The notes: generated by a model not told the origin, from the letters alone. A stretch of 64,000 nt of DNA from an uncultured Candidatus Saccharibacteria bacterium (GCA_964567265.1 CAZMLK010000001.1:395723-459722); one strand, 5' to 3'; positions 29,023 to 38,400 are shown, counted from the stretch's first letter. Program-made: numbers and translations.

Positions 29023-30603
29023 CTACATCGTTATCTGCACCGCATTCCCCGCCTGATCGTATCCATTCGCCTTGAAGTAACGGATCTCGTAGCTGCCGGG
29101 AGTGACATTCTGGAATGTGTAGGTGCCCGATGGGCCGGTCGCATACGACCATGCAAGATACGAGCGGTTGCCTGCCCCGGTCGCATAGAGCCCGATCCAG
29201 TCGGTCGTCGTGAACGCAGTACTTGGGCCCACCCAGCTCGCGATGATTGTATTTCCAGATCTCGATGCGGAGAGTGAATATCCGGCTGCGGCAGAAAGAT
29301 CAGCTCGTGCGACTGCCGCCTTCGCCTGTACGGTGATTTCCGGAGTAACTGCAACTGATGTGTATTTATTATTCTTCAGATACCGGATCTCGAAGGTGCC
29401 GGTGCGGTCGAGCGTGAATGTCATGTCGCCGCTCGCAGCATCCCCGGTGTATTTCCAGGTCCCGTAGCTCCGGTTCGACGCGCCCTTCTCATAGATCGCG
29501 ATCCAGTCCTGCGTATTCGACGAGCCTCCTGGCGTCTGCCAGTGCACGGTCACGGTATCACTAACTCGCGGGGTCTGAGAGGAAATCGTGAGCGAGTATC
29601 CGGCTGCCGCTGCAGCGGAGCCCAGTGTATAGGTCGCTGAGGTCGCACGCCGGGTGTAGCCGTTGTTCTCGAAGGTACGCGCCTCATATGCGCCGGGCTC
29701 GAGCGAGTCTGTATTGAAACTGAGCGTTCCCGAATTGCCGGATGGAAGATACTGCCACAGAAGATAGGAGGAATCAGCAGCGCCGACCGGATAGAGCCCG
29801 ACCCAATCCCGCGAACTGCGGCCGGTCGGCGCCTCGAACCGCACCGAGAGCGTATTCCCGGAAATGCCATTGATGGCGAGTGCGTAGTTCCCTACGGGTG
29901 CAGCCGCAGCGCTTCCGGTCGTACCGGTGGTTCCGTCTTCTGTTCCCGTCCCGCCACCACCAGTCACGATCTCGCGCCACGGACCGCTGGGCACATTGCC
30001 CGCGTCCACGAACCGCCAAGACACCAGCATCTGGTCGCCGCCGTTCAAGCAGTCGCGCATGGCGGGAGAGAGATCGATGCCGATTGATTGGCGCGGTCCC
30101 GCGCTTCCGAATACGTACGCAATATCATCCTCACCGTATGGTCCGACATCTTCCCACTGGCCGTAGCAGGTCGCACCGTTCGAGGTGACCGCCACCCAAT
30201 GATTCTTGAGCTGCGAAACGCTCTTGCTCGCGCCGGATTGATACCACGGGATCTGGCTCGCGTTCGATTTCTGGGATCCGTTATTGCCGATGTCGTTATA
30301 CGGAAGCGCGATATAGAACGGATTCTCCTTCGGAGTGAACGCGCACGGGCGGTAGCCGCATCGATTGTCGGGATCGTCTTCCCCGCCGTAATGAGTTGCC
30401 CAGAGCTCGTCCCATGCGCTCGGGACGTTCGAGATGAAGCCGTTGTCTGAGGTCGCGCCTTCGCCTACCCAGAAGACAGTCGCGTTGACCGTTTTCGGGT
30501 TCGTTTCGGTCGCGGTGATGGCTGCTGCCGGGTATGGATAGGCTGCTCCGAGTAGAAGGAGGAATACGGCTAGCGATGCGGCTCTAATGCCCTTCCGATT
30601 CAT
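29023..30603 (-). CDS. Secreted protein with an RlpA-like double-psi beta-barrel (DPBB) domain followed by three copies of the same ~90-aa repeat domain found in the 23325..25730 protein
   Basis: Signal peptide. VAVTSNGATCYGQWEDVGPYGEDD...IGIDLSPAMRDCL resembles the RlpA/expansin DPBB core (V.VTN..G..VVRINDRGPY...IDLS.AA). After a G/T linker come three repeats with DWVGLY, DWIAIY, and DWIGLY plus YEAR/YEIRY motifs. Confidence 0.7.
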   Translation of the reverse strand: MNRKGIRAASLAVFLLLLGAAYPYPAAAITATETNPKTVNATVFWVGEGATSDNGFISNVPSAWDELWATHYGGEDDPDNRCGYRPCAFTPKENPFYIALPYNDIGNNGSQKSNASQIPWYQSGASKSVSQLKNHWVAVTSNGATCYGQWEDVGPYGEDDIAYVFGSAGPRQSIGIDLSPAMRDCLNGGDQMLVSWRFVDAGNVPSGPWREIVTGGGGTGTEDGTTGTTGSAAAAPVGNYALAINGISGNTLSVRFEAPTGRSSRDWVGLYPVGAADSSYLLWQYLPSGNSGTLSFNTDSLEPGAYEARTFENNGYTRRATSATYTLGSAAAAAGYSLTISSQTPRVSDTVTVHWQTPGGSSNTQDWIAIYEKGASNRSYGTWKYTGDAASGDMTFTLDRTGTFEIRYLKNNKYTSVAVTPEITVQAKAAVARADLSAAAGYSLSASRSGNTIIASWVGPSTAFTTTDWIGLYATGAGNRSYLAWSYATGPSGTYTFQNVTPGSYEIRYFKANGYDQAGNAVQITM

Positions 30604-30674
30604 GAAGGGGTTACTTTACAATTTTTCGGGGGTGGGGGCAAGGGAGAAATACAAAATCACAGTACCTTGAAGCA

Positions 30675-31538
30675 TCACTGATTTCCAGCTTCAAGCTGTG
30701 GATCGAGATCGTCCATGATGTACCGCATGAATTGTTTTCCCAGTTCAGTGAGAACCTGTTGATCATCGTTGAATGGAGACTTGAGCGTCTTAGCTTGGGG
30801 ACCGGCTTTCTTTTTTGCGACTCTTCGTCGCCACTGCCCATCCGCATCCGATTCTCGAGGTTGGCGCATAACGTCAGCCATTTGGAGTTCGTGGAAAAGG
30901 AACTTGAACAAATCGGCCTTCGCCGAGTCATCCCTTGGTATCTCACCGAATATCTCCGTTGCGATATCGTAAGAAGATATACCCGGATTCTGGTACACCA
31001 GCCTGAGTATCTGGAAATGAAGCTCGTGGAATCGCTCCATAAATTCCACAAAGAGGCGGACCACATCGTCATCCACAACGCGCATGCCAGCGGCGTTAGT
31101 GATGAGTTTTCGCAAACTCTCCCTTTTCTCGGTGGTATCGGCGCCGTCCCAGACGCGGAAAGTCTTACGCACAAGATTCAGATATTCTGTCGACTCTATT
31201 CGCTCTTCCGTCTGAATTCCAAATATCTCCAAACGCTCAAAGACACGACGCATATCCGCTAGTAACTCGCGAAGCTTCAACTCGTGCTCTTGTACCCACA
31301 AGAAAAGGAGCTTGTTCGTTATGCCTTGCTCCTTCTCGGCTGATAGAGTGGCAGCAGCACTTAAGACGCTTCCAACCCACGGAATACCACTCAACGCCGC
31401 CATTGCAACGCGTCCGTATTTCTTCCAATTTCCACCCGTTAGTTGCTCAAGAATAGCCCGCTCTTTTTCATTCAATACAACTGCTTCGATGCGTTCCGGG
31501 AGTTTGTGGTCTGCCATGGGAATCAGTCTACTCCTCAT
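30675..31538 (-). CDS. Hypothetical protein, low-GC orphan next to tRNA-Glu
   Basis: 287-aa ORF (probable start MADHKL at 31517). GC is about 48-50%, against about 60% in the surrounding DNA. No recognisable domain. Confidence 0.45.
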   Translation of the reverse strand: MRSRLIPMADHKLPERIEAVVLNEKERAILEQLTGGNWKKYGRVAMAALSGIPWVGSVLSAAATLSAEKEQGITNKLLFLWVQEHELKLRELLADMRRVFERLEIFGIQTEERIESTEYLNLVRKTFRVWDGADTTEKRESLRKLITNAAGMRVVDDDVVRLFVEFMERFHELHFQILRLVYQNPGISSYDIATEIFGEIPRDDSAKADLFKFLFHELQMADVMRQPRESDADGQWRRRVAKKKAGPQAKTLKSPFNDDQQVLTELGKQFMRYIMDDLDPQLEAGNQ

Positions 31539-31758
31539 ATATTTATCAGCAAATTTCTCGTAACATGTAACGAAATATGATTTTGTGCCCCCGTCTAGCT
31601 TCAGTGTGGTCGTCGGTCCTTACAGGACCAGTATCCCGATTGGATTTTTTAGTGCGGCCATAAATGGCCGACAAAAAATGCTCAATCGGGCTTCGACTCC
31701 CGGACGAAGTCTCCCCCGGAGACTTCTTAGGGTCCCAACTTTCGCTACGCTCAATTTG

Positions 31759-31830
31759 TGACCCTACCGGGAGTCGAACCCGGCTTTAGAGCTTGAGAAG
31801 CTCTCGTCCTAACCGATAGACGATAGGGCC
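31759..31830 (-). tRNA. tRNA-Glu (anticodon CUC)
   Basis: Minus strand reads GGCCCTATCGTCTATCGGTTAGGACGAGAGCTTCTCAAGCTCTAAAGCCGGGTTCGACTCCCGGTAGGGTCA. It folds as a cloverleaf: 7-bp acceptor stem (one G-U pair), D-arm, anticodon stem AGAGC/GCTCT with loop TTCTCAA, and T-arm GCCGG-GTTCGACT-CCCGG. CCA is not encoded. Confidence 0.75.
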
Positions 31831-31902
31831 AATGTACACCGAAAGTACCACAGTTTCCCGATTTTAAAAAGGTGAGGCCGCCCAAGACATGGGCGGCCCA
31901 CT

Positions 31903-32205
31903 TCATTGCTTTGCTGGTTCGACAAGCTCAAGCGCGTCTGGGTGATACGTCTTATCTCGGCCTGACAAATGTACCTGTCCGCGCGCGTCTACCGACTTTA
32001 CCTGGTACTCCTCCCATCCGCGCGCATCTACCAGGCGGACGATATCTCCCTTCTTGAACGTAACCACGACCTTGTTGGCTTTTTGGCCGTCAGCACGCGT
32101 CCGCTGGCGTTTTCTTGTGTCGCGCAAAATGTCAGAGATCGTCTCATTAATGATTCTCTGATGTACCGCTCCTGGCCGCCGCCTGTCTCCGCTGGCGATG
32201 TCCAT
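31903..32205 (-). CDS. Small hypothetical protein (100 aa)
   Basis: ATG preceded by GGAGG. A TTGACA promoter-like motif in an AT-rich stretch lies upstream. No recognisable domain. Confidence 0.45.
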   Translation of the reverse strand: MDIASGDRRRPGAVHQRIINETISDILRDTRKRQRTRADGQKANKVVVTFKKGDIVRLVDARGWEEYQVKSVDARGQVHLSGRDKTYHPDALELVEPAKQ

Positions 32206-32265
32206 CGAACCTCCATTCGTTGATGCTTTCGATATTAAGATGCATATATTGAGATGTGTCAAATA

Positions 32266-32301
32266 TAAGACCCCCGCGCGCACCTCGGTGCGGCGGGGGT
32301 C
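32266..32301 (-). terminator. Terminator hairpin after the 32309..32635 gene
   Basis: GACCCCCGC...GCGGGGGTC compound hairpin followed by TCTTATATTT on the minus strand. Confidence 0.55.
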
Positions 32302-32308
32302 GGACGGC

Positions 32309-32635
32309 CTAGGCCATCTGCGGCCAGACGAGACCTCTCATGAGCGAGCTGAGATCAGGCGTCGGGACTAGTTGGGAGATGCTGTGGAGCAGGCGGCGTA
32401 CTTTCCGCCCGCCCCGGACAGCGTCAGTCTGGATCGGCGTGACGTGGGCCATTAGGAGGCCAGTCCCCGTAAGAAACACTCGGCAAATGCGCACTATGAT
32501 GCGTCGTTTGCCGTCGATCAGATATGCCGTAAGCGCGGCGCCGCTTTTCAGTTGCTCCTTGAAAAATCGAAGGAGCGGATTTGTTGCCCGAGCCCGGGTA
32601 CGGCGGCCGCTATTCGTGCAAATCTTCAACGTCAT
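32309..32635 (-). CDS. Small hypothetical protein (108 aa)
   Basis: ATG preceded by GGAGG with a 7-nt spacer. GC3 is about 70%, consistent with host codon usage. No recognisable domain. Confidence 0.5.
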   Translation of the reverse strand: MTLKICTNSGRRTRARATNPLLRFFKEQLKSGAALTAYLIDGKRRIIVRICRVFLTGTGLLMAHVTPIQTDAVRGGRKVRRLLHSISQLVPTPDLSSLMRGLVWPQMA

Positions 32636-32774
32636 CTACAAACCTCCGCTGGTTTCAGAGAACAAATGCCCTCCCTGGGCACCTGAAGATAGTACCGAAA
32701 AATTGACTTTTTGAAAAGGTGGGTTGAAAAATACCCGGGCGTGAGCCCGGGCATTGGTCGGATGAAAATTCTCT

Positions 32775-33185
32775 TCAGGCAGGCACGACGCCCGCGATTT
32801 CGAGGAAGCGCTCACGAAGCCACGCAGGCGGTCGTGGTGTTTCCTCGCTTCCATCTGCTGCAATGATCACGTGCTGGCAGTTTGTGTCCGACATACCGAG
32901 CACATGTTCCCCAAGCGAACGCGCATACGCATCCATATATTGTCTCACGTGTCTTGCAGCGTCGCGTCGCCTCCGCGTACTGAGCGAGAGCGCCTTCCGC
33001 CAGAGATGCGAGGGCTTGAACCAGTCGCGTGTTTCAACATACAGGCAGACAACCGAGATCGGGCAAATGCCGTCTCGGTAAGACGGAGGCACGAATCGTA
33101 GGTGCGTACCATGTATGAGAACGGGGGTATAGCTTCCGTTGCAGATTGCTGTTTTAAGCGTTGAAAGGAATGTTTCGATATCCAC
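32775..33185 (-). CDS. Small hypothetical protein (136 aa, GTG start)
   Basis: GTG start preceded by GGGGAG with a 9-nt spacer. It is the first gene downstream of the promoter at 33221..33249. Confidence 0.45.
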   Translation of the reverse strand: MDIETFLSTLKTAICNGSYTPVLIHGTHLRFVPPSYRDGICPISVVCLYVETRDWFKPSHLWRKALSLSTRRRRDAARHVRQYMDAYARSLGEHVLGMSDTNCQHVIIAADGSEETPRPPAWLRERFLEIAGVVPA

Positions 33186-33220
33186 GAGTCTTCACTCCCC
33201 TAGTACTATTGACTGGAAAT

Positions 33221-33249
33221 TTTATACATTACGGAAACATTAAAGTCAA
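33221..33249 (-). promoter_or_regulatory. Sigma70-like promoter (TTGACT-17 nt-TATAAA) immediately downstream of the murF stop
   Basis: Minus-strand reading TTGACTttaatgtttccgtaatgTATAAA. It would drive the 32775..33185 and 32309..32635 genes. Confidence 0.4.
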
Positions 33250-33253
33250 GTTC

Positions 33254-34546
33254 CTACCTCCGGAGCCACTCTGCGTCCTGGCGGGCGAGAAGCTCTTCCT
33301 TGATCTGCGGATTCGCCATGAACTGCTCGATACAGCGCTCCATGCGGATGGACTGCGAGCCTTTGACGAAAATGACATCCCCTTCCTCCATCATGGACTC
33401 GATCATCTGTCCTGCCTCTTCCGCATCCCTGCATTCGAAAATAGTCTTCTTCTTCATGCCGGCTGCGTGCGCGCTCTTGGCTGAGAAATGCGCCCGCACA
33501 CCGACGGTGAGGAGTATATCCGCGACTTCCGCGAGCTGCTTCCCCGCGATCTTATGCGCTTCGATCGAGTACGAGCCGAGCTCGAGCATGTCGCCGAAGG
33601 CGACGATAGTGCGCCGGTGCGTGGTGAGGCTCTTCAGCGTGGCGACCGCTTCTTCGACCGCAACCGGTGAGGCATTGTAGGAATCATCAACGATCATCGT
33701 CCCCTTCTCTCCCTTCAAAATGCGCATACGGCCCGGCGACGGGATATGGTTCTGGAACGCGTCGCGGAGTTCAGAAAGCGTGACGCCTTCGAGCGTTCCC
33801 ATCGCGGTCGCGGCAAGAAGCGGGTATGCATGCTGGGCGCCAAGAACGCCCGGCAGCGTGAAGTTCGCCGTTTCTCCCCCCGCGTTCACGATGAGCGTGA
33901 TGCCGGAGGTGAGGACATCATTGGTGAGCACGTTCTGGAGCCCGCGACCTTGTATTTCGGAGCCTTCGTGGAATCCATAGGTCACCATCCTTCCTTTCCA
34001 TCCTGCTGCACGCTTCAGGATGTTGTGATCGTCCTTGTTGATGATGAGCGTGCCGTTCTCGGTGAGCGCATGCACGATCTTGAAATCCTCGTCGTTGACG
34101 GCGTCTGGCGAATCGAAATATTCCACATGAACCGGCAGGTCAGGAAAGCGCGTGAGGATGACGGCATCCACAGAGAGCCACTTTGCGAGTGCTTCGATAT
34201 CGCCCGGATGATCCGAACCGACTTCGAGCACCAGCCATTCCGGATACTGCTCCTTCACGAAAATAAGCACGAGCCCCGCGACAATGTTCTTCGTCCACAG
34301 GAACGGATTGTTCCATGCATTCGGCCGCCCGAGGATGGTGAGCGGCACGCCGATCTCGCTGTTGAAGCTCTTCTGGCTTTTCCGCACGAAGTATTTCTCG
34401 GAAAGCGCGACATACACGGCGTCCTTGGTGGACGTCTTTCCGACACTGCCAGAAACCGCGACGATGCGCGGTTTGTATTTCTTAAGGATCAGCCTGGCTT
34501 CGAAGGTCAGTATTGCAACCAGGATGCTGCGAAGAATGTGTTTCAT
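33254..34546 (-). CDS. murF: UDP-N-acetylmuramoyl-tripeptide--D-alanyl-D-alanine ligase
   Basis: GSVGKTSTK P-loop, Mur ligase middle and C-terminal domains. Last gene of the dcw cluster. Confidence 0.85.
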   Translation of the reverse strand: MKHILRSILVAILTFEARLILKKYKPRIVAVSGSVGKTSTKDAVYVALSEKYFVRKSQKSFNSEIGVPLTILGRPNAWNNPFLWTKNIVAGLVLIFVKEQYPEWLVLEVGSDHPGDIEALAKWLSVDAVILTRFPDLPVHVEYFDSPDAVNDEDFKIVHALTENGTLIINKDDHNILKRAAGWKGRMVTYGFHEGSEIQGRGLQNVLTNDVLTSGITLIVNAGGETANFTLPGVLGAQHAYPLLAATAMGTLEGVTLSELRDAFQNHIPSPGRMRILKGEKGTMIVDDSYNASPVAVEEAVATLKSLTTHRRTIVAFGDMLELGSYSIEAHKIAGKQLAEVADILLTVGVRAHFSAKSAHAAGMKKKTIFECRDAEEAGQMIESMMEEGDVIFVKGSQSIRMERCIEQFMANPQIKEELLARQDAEWLRR

Positions 34547-34620
34547 TGTCGAGGAAGCTTAGCATCGGCCGGCAGATCGAAAGCCAGGGCGACGAAGCTT
34601 GGATGGAAGAGTTCAGCTGC

Positions 34621-36333
34621 TTAGCGGTCCGGCGGGAGGTCGTAGTAGTTGATGAGGAAGTCGGTCAGCTCCATGAACGGCTCGGTGAGCGTATGGGATG
34701 CGTATTCCACGCCCTTTGGTTCGACAGTGTAGAGGAAGATGATGAACTTGGGATCGTAGGCCGGAAAGTACCCGAAGAATGAGTGGAGGTACCTGTCATC
34801 ATAATAGCCTCGCGCGCCCTCCTTCGCAATCTGCGCGGTACCGGTTTTCGCGGCGATCGTGTAATGCTCATGCTTGTATTGGCCTCCGAGCAATGACTTA
34901 TCCACAACCTCGACGAGCATGCGCGTGATTTCCTCGGAGGTCTCCTTCTTGAGGACCGGTCCCTCCGGCGGATACACCAGCGCCTTCGAGACGCCTGACG
35001 AGAGCTCGATCTCTTTCCCAAGATGCGGGGTCGGGAGCATGCCGCCGTTCCCGAGGGACGCGAGCGCGCGGATGGTCTCGACCGGCGAGAGCGCGATTCC
35101 CTGTCCGAACGATGCAGTCGCGTATTCGACAGCACGCGGGCTTTCGAGGTTCGTTATGAGGCCTGCGGCTTCGTTCGGAAGGTCGATGCCGGTTTCCTTG
35201 CCGAGATCATAGGCACGCATGTATTTTGCAAAATCATTCCGGCCCATCTTGTCGACGACGAACGCAACGCCGGTATTCAGCGACTGGTTGAGGACTTCCT
35301 GCATCGAGACGACGCCGCGCGCCTTGTGGTCGTAATTCGAGATGGTGTATCCGTCGAGCGTGATATGCCCCATGTCGTTGTATGTCGTCGTTCGCTTCAC
35401 GGCGCCGGAATCGAGGCCAGCCGCCATGGTAAGCGGCTTGATGATCGAGCCCATTTCATACACGTGCTCGACGAGCGGCTGCGCGAAGACCGTGGCATCT
35501 TCTACCTGCTTGAAATTATTGAGATCGAAGGTCGGATTGACCGCGAGCGCGTAAATCGACCCGTCCTTCGGATTCATGATGATGCCACCCGTAAGACGCG
35601 AAGAGTATTTCTGCTCAACACCCTTCAGGATTCCTTCGAGATATTGCTGGACCGACGGCTCGAGCGTGGTTACCACGTCACCAGCCTGACGCTTGCCCGT
35701 CTCGAAGACCGCGCTCCCGATCGTCGAGAACACTTCCGCGAAGAAGTTCACGTCGACGTTCTCAGTGTCGCGCGCAAGAACATCGTTGTAGTACCGCTCG
35801 AGGCCGACGATACCGGTCTCCGTGTCGCCCTGGAATCCGACGAAGCCGAGCGTCTGCGCCCCCAGCATTCCTCCCGGATAGAACCGCCAGCGCTCGCGAT
35901 AGGCGTGCACGCCCGGGAGGTCGAGCCCGTCGATCTTGATTGCCGCATCTTCAGGGACATGATCGGCAATCTCCTCATAGGGATCCTCCTTCTTCGCGGC
36001 GTGCGCCATGAATTCAGCTCGATCGAGCGGCGTGAGCGCATTCAAGGCGGCGTACACCTTTTCAGGGTCGCTGATAAGCCGCGGGTCGATCGCGATTGTG
36101 AAGCCAGAGGCGAGCGTCGCGCCCGAGACCTTCTTCCCATCCTTCGTCTCGAAGAAGATGGTGCCGCGATCGTAAAGATCCTGGTTCGGCCGGACATATT
36201 GCCGGTTGCCCCGCTCCGAATAGACATCGCCATGGACGATTTGTATGAAATACAGCCGGCCGATGAGGACCAGGCCGAACAGCAGTATGAATCCGGCGAT
36301 GAGGCGGATCCGGAGTGTGAAGGCGTGTCGCAT
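34621..36333 (-). CDS. ftsI: Peptidoglycan D,D-transpeptidase (class B PBP, FtsI-like)
   Basis: N-terminal TM, dimerisation domain, SIIKP (SxxK), and a transpeptidase fold. It sits in the dcw cluster. Confidence 0.85.
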   Translation of the reverse strand: MRHAFTLRIRLIAGFILLFGLVLIGRLYFIQIVHGDVYSERGNRQYVRPNQDLYDRGTIFFETKDGKKVSGATLASGFTIAIDPRLISDPEKVYAALNALTPLDRAEFMAHAAKKEDPYEEIADHVPEDAAIKIDGLDLPGVHAYRERWRFYPGGMLGAQTLGFVGFQGDTETGIVGLERYYNDVLARDTENVDVNFFAEVFSTIGSAVFETGKRQAGDVVTTLEPSVQQYLEGILKGVEQKYSSRLTGGIIMNPKDGSIYALAVNPTFDLNNFKQVEDATVFAQPLVEHVYEMGSIIKPLTMAAGLDSGAVKRTTTYNDMGHITLDGYTISNYDHKARGVVSMQEVLNQSLNTGVAFVVDKMGRNDFAKYMRAYDLGKETGIDLPNEAAGLITNLESPRAVEYATASFGQGIALSPVETIRALASLGNGGMLPTPHLGKEIELSSGVSKALVYPPEGPVLKKETSEEITRMLVEVVDKSLLGGQYKHEHYTIAAKTGTAQIAKEGARGYYDDRYLHSFFGYFPAYDPKFIIFLYTVEPKGVEYASHTLTEPFMELTDFLINYYDLPPDR

Positions 36334-36352
36334 GCGTCGGTTGGCCTTATGC

Positions 36353-36667
36353 CTAGCGGCTCACTGACAACGAGAGTCCCTGACGGGTCACGAATTCCTT
36401 ATCCTTTACCGGCGCGAATCCCGACGCTTCCGCGCGTGCGAAATCGATCGCATCTTTTTTCTGCAAATATATGGCTTCGAGCGTCGCCACCTGGCTGTGC
36501 GTCTGTGCAACCTTTCGGTCCAACTCCTCGCGGAGGACGACGTTCACGATCGACATGCTGATGCCGTACATGTAGACGGCAATCGAAAATCCCCCAACGG
36601 CTATCAAAAGCCAGAAGAGGCGGTAGGGCGCGTTATGAAGGACTAGGGCTCGGACGTGCGATTTCAT
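36353..36667 (-). CDS. FtsL-like cell division protein
   Basis: 104 aa with a single TM helix plus a coiled coil, in the ftsL position between rsmH and ftsI. Confidence 0.55.
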   Translation of the reverse strand: MKSHVRALVLHNAPYRLFWLLIAVGGFSIAVYMYGISMSIVNVVLREELDRKVAQTHSQVATLEAIYLQKKDAIDFARAEASGFAPVKDKEFVTRQGLSLSVSR

Positions 36668-36678
36668 AAGATGTGGAG

Positions 36679-37584
36679 CTAGTGTTTTTGGAAAATGCGG
36701 AGCTTCGCGCTGCGGGATGGCGGATTCGCCTTGAGCTCCTCGGGCGATGCGGTTATCGGCCGCTTCGGTATCAAGGAACCTACTCCCTCGCGTTCTGCAT
36801 CCTTGAACATCGTCTTCACGATACGGTCTTCGATGCTATGGAAGCTGATGATTGCGATGCGACCGTTTGGCGGAAGGATCTTGACCGCTTTCTCGATCGT
36901 CTCGCGCAGGGCTCCCAACTCATCGTTGGTGGCGATACGAAGCGCCTGGAAGGTCTTTGTGGCTGGATGGATGCGTCGTCTGCGGTACCATGCCGGCACG
37001 GCAGCTTCGATGATGGCGACGAGCTTTCCGGTCGTGTCGATCGGTGATTCCTCGCGCGCTTCGACGATGGCCTTCGCGATGCGCCTGGCGAACTGCTCCT
37101 CTCCGTAGCCGAAGATGATGTCCGCGATCGTCGCCTCGCTCCACTCGTTCACGATCATCGCTGCGGTGAAATCGGAATCGCCTGGTGTCTCTTGGTAGGT
37201 CATCAGGAGTGGCTCATCCTTTTGGAACGAGAACCCCCTTCCGACCTCTCCTTCGACTCCATCTATCTGATTCCGGCTCCACCCGAGGTCGAGGAGGAGC
37301 TTGTTCGGAGCACTGATGCCAAATCTCTGGGCTATCGCATCAAAGTTCCGAAAGTTGTCCTCAACCAGGTGTATGGCGGGCTTCGCGCCCTCCAGCCGCT
37401 TCTTGGTCTTCTCAAGCGCGCTTCTATCGAGATCGATCCCGATCAAGACGCCGCCGGTGCCAAGCTTCGAGGCGATCAGCTCGCTGTGCCCCCCTCCGTT
37501 CGCGGTGCCGTCGATGACGACGTCGTTCTCAGTGAGGGCCAGTCCGTCGATCGATTCGTTCAGAAGTACGGTGTAGTGGGACAT
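36679..37584 (-). CDS. rsmH: 16S rRNA (cytosine1402-N4)-methyltransferase
   Basis: MSHYTVLLNESIDGL...DGTANGGGHS SAM-binding motif. The start was re-set so the gene abuts the mraZ stop. Confidence 0.85.
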   Translation of the reverse strand: MSHYTVLLNESIDGLALTENDVVIDGTANGGGHSELIASKLGTGGVLIGIDLDRSALEKTKKRLEGAKPAIHLVEDNFRNFDAIAQRFGISAPNKLLLDLGWSRNQIDGVEGEVGRGFSFQKDEPLLMTYQETPGDSDFTAAMIVNEWSEATIADIIFGYGEEQFARRIAKAIVEAREESPIDTTGKLVAIIEAAVPAWYRRRRIHPATKTFQALRIATNDELGALRETIEKAVKILPPNGRIAIISFHSIEDRIVKTMFKDAEREGVGSLIPKRPITASPEELKANPPSRSAKLRIFQKH

Positions 37585-37585
37585 G

Positions 37586-38020
37586 TTAGATGATTCCCAC
37601 TTCCCCGAGCTTCTCTGCCATCGAATCTGCCTGCTTCTCGATCCGCTTCTTGTAGTCCTGCCAGGTATCCACGTCCCAGACTTCGACTCGGGTCTCCACT
37701 CCAGCGAGTACGACTTTGTCTTTGAGCGCAGCAAACTCCTTGAGGAAGTCCGGGACGAGCATCCTGCCCACCTGGTCTACCTCGACCTCGACTGCTCCCG
37801 AAAAGAGGAAGCGGCTGAAGCCTCGAGTGTCGGCCTGACCCATGGGAAGGTTGCGGACCTTCTCGGTAATCGTCTTCCATTCCTTCAGCGAGTACACGAA
37901 GAGGCAGGCATCGAGGCCTTTGGTCATGATGACCGTCCGGCCCAGTTCTTTGCGGAATTTCGCCGGCAAAGACAAGCGCTTCTTCGGGTCCAATGTGTGG
38001 GTGTACTCGCCTATCAGCAT
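37586..38020 (-). CDS. mraZ: Division/cell wall cluster transcriptional regulator MraZ
   Basis: Two DxxxR-type MraZ repeats (LDPKKRLSLP and VDQVGRMLVP). Confidence 0.85.
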   Translation of the reverse strand: MLIGEYTHTLDPKKRLSLPAKFRKELGRTVIMTKGLDACLFVYSLKEWKTITEKVRNLPMGQADTRGFSRFLFSGAVEVEVDQVGRMLVPDFLKEFAALKDKVVLAGVETRVEVWDVDTWQDYKKRIEKQADSMAEKLGEVGII

Positions 38021-38286
38021 GTAGCCAATTTACCACTTCTTCCCACTTAGTCACAAGTGTATAACACTTCATCCCACCCGCCTACACCTGGGTTATCCAC
38101 AGAAATGCGAAAAACTTGACAGATTAATACCAATGATTTATGGTTTCGAAGTTGTGTTTTACAATACTGTTCCTTCGTCGAGGATGTACCTCACCCAGAA
38201 TTCCGAATGACGTGCTCACGACCGCAGTGCGTAGACTTCTTTTCGGGAAACTAGACTTCTACCGCTGTAGCATTCGTCAAACAAAT

Positions 38287-38340
38287 CCGCGCAAGCGGTA
38301 GCCTGCCAAACGCGATAGCGTACGGCAGGCTTCTTTTTTA
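38287..38340 (+). terminator. Plus-strand terminator-like hairpin with a T-run in the mraZ upstream region
   Basis: AGCCTGCC...GGCAGGCT followed by TCTTTTTTA, preceded by TTGACA-17-TATGGT and TACAAT promoter-like motifs (possible short transcript). Confidence 0.35.
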
Positions 38341-38361
38341 TTCGAGTATGAAAAATGGAAA

Positions 38362-38393
38362 GGCCCGGAATTTCCTGTCGGAAATTCCGGGCC
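38362..38393 (-). terminator. Terminator after the 38401..38805 gene
   Basis: 14-bp perfect stem GGCCCGGAATTTCC/GGAAATTCCGGGCC. Confidence 0.55.
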
Positions 38394-38400
38394 GTGTGCG

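Noticed and set aside
31600-31758. Possible partial tRNA duplication (attachment-site scar) next to tRNA-Glu, suggested by GGGCTTCGACTCCCGG resembling a T-arm
   Set aside because: The segment does not fold into a convincing T-arm and acceptor stem, and it is not a direct repeat of the tRNA-Glu 3' end. The GAAGTCTCC-ccc-GGAGACTTC hairpin nearby is noted, but there is no solid evidence for an att site.
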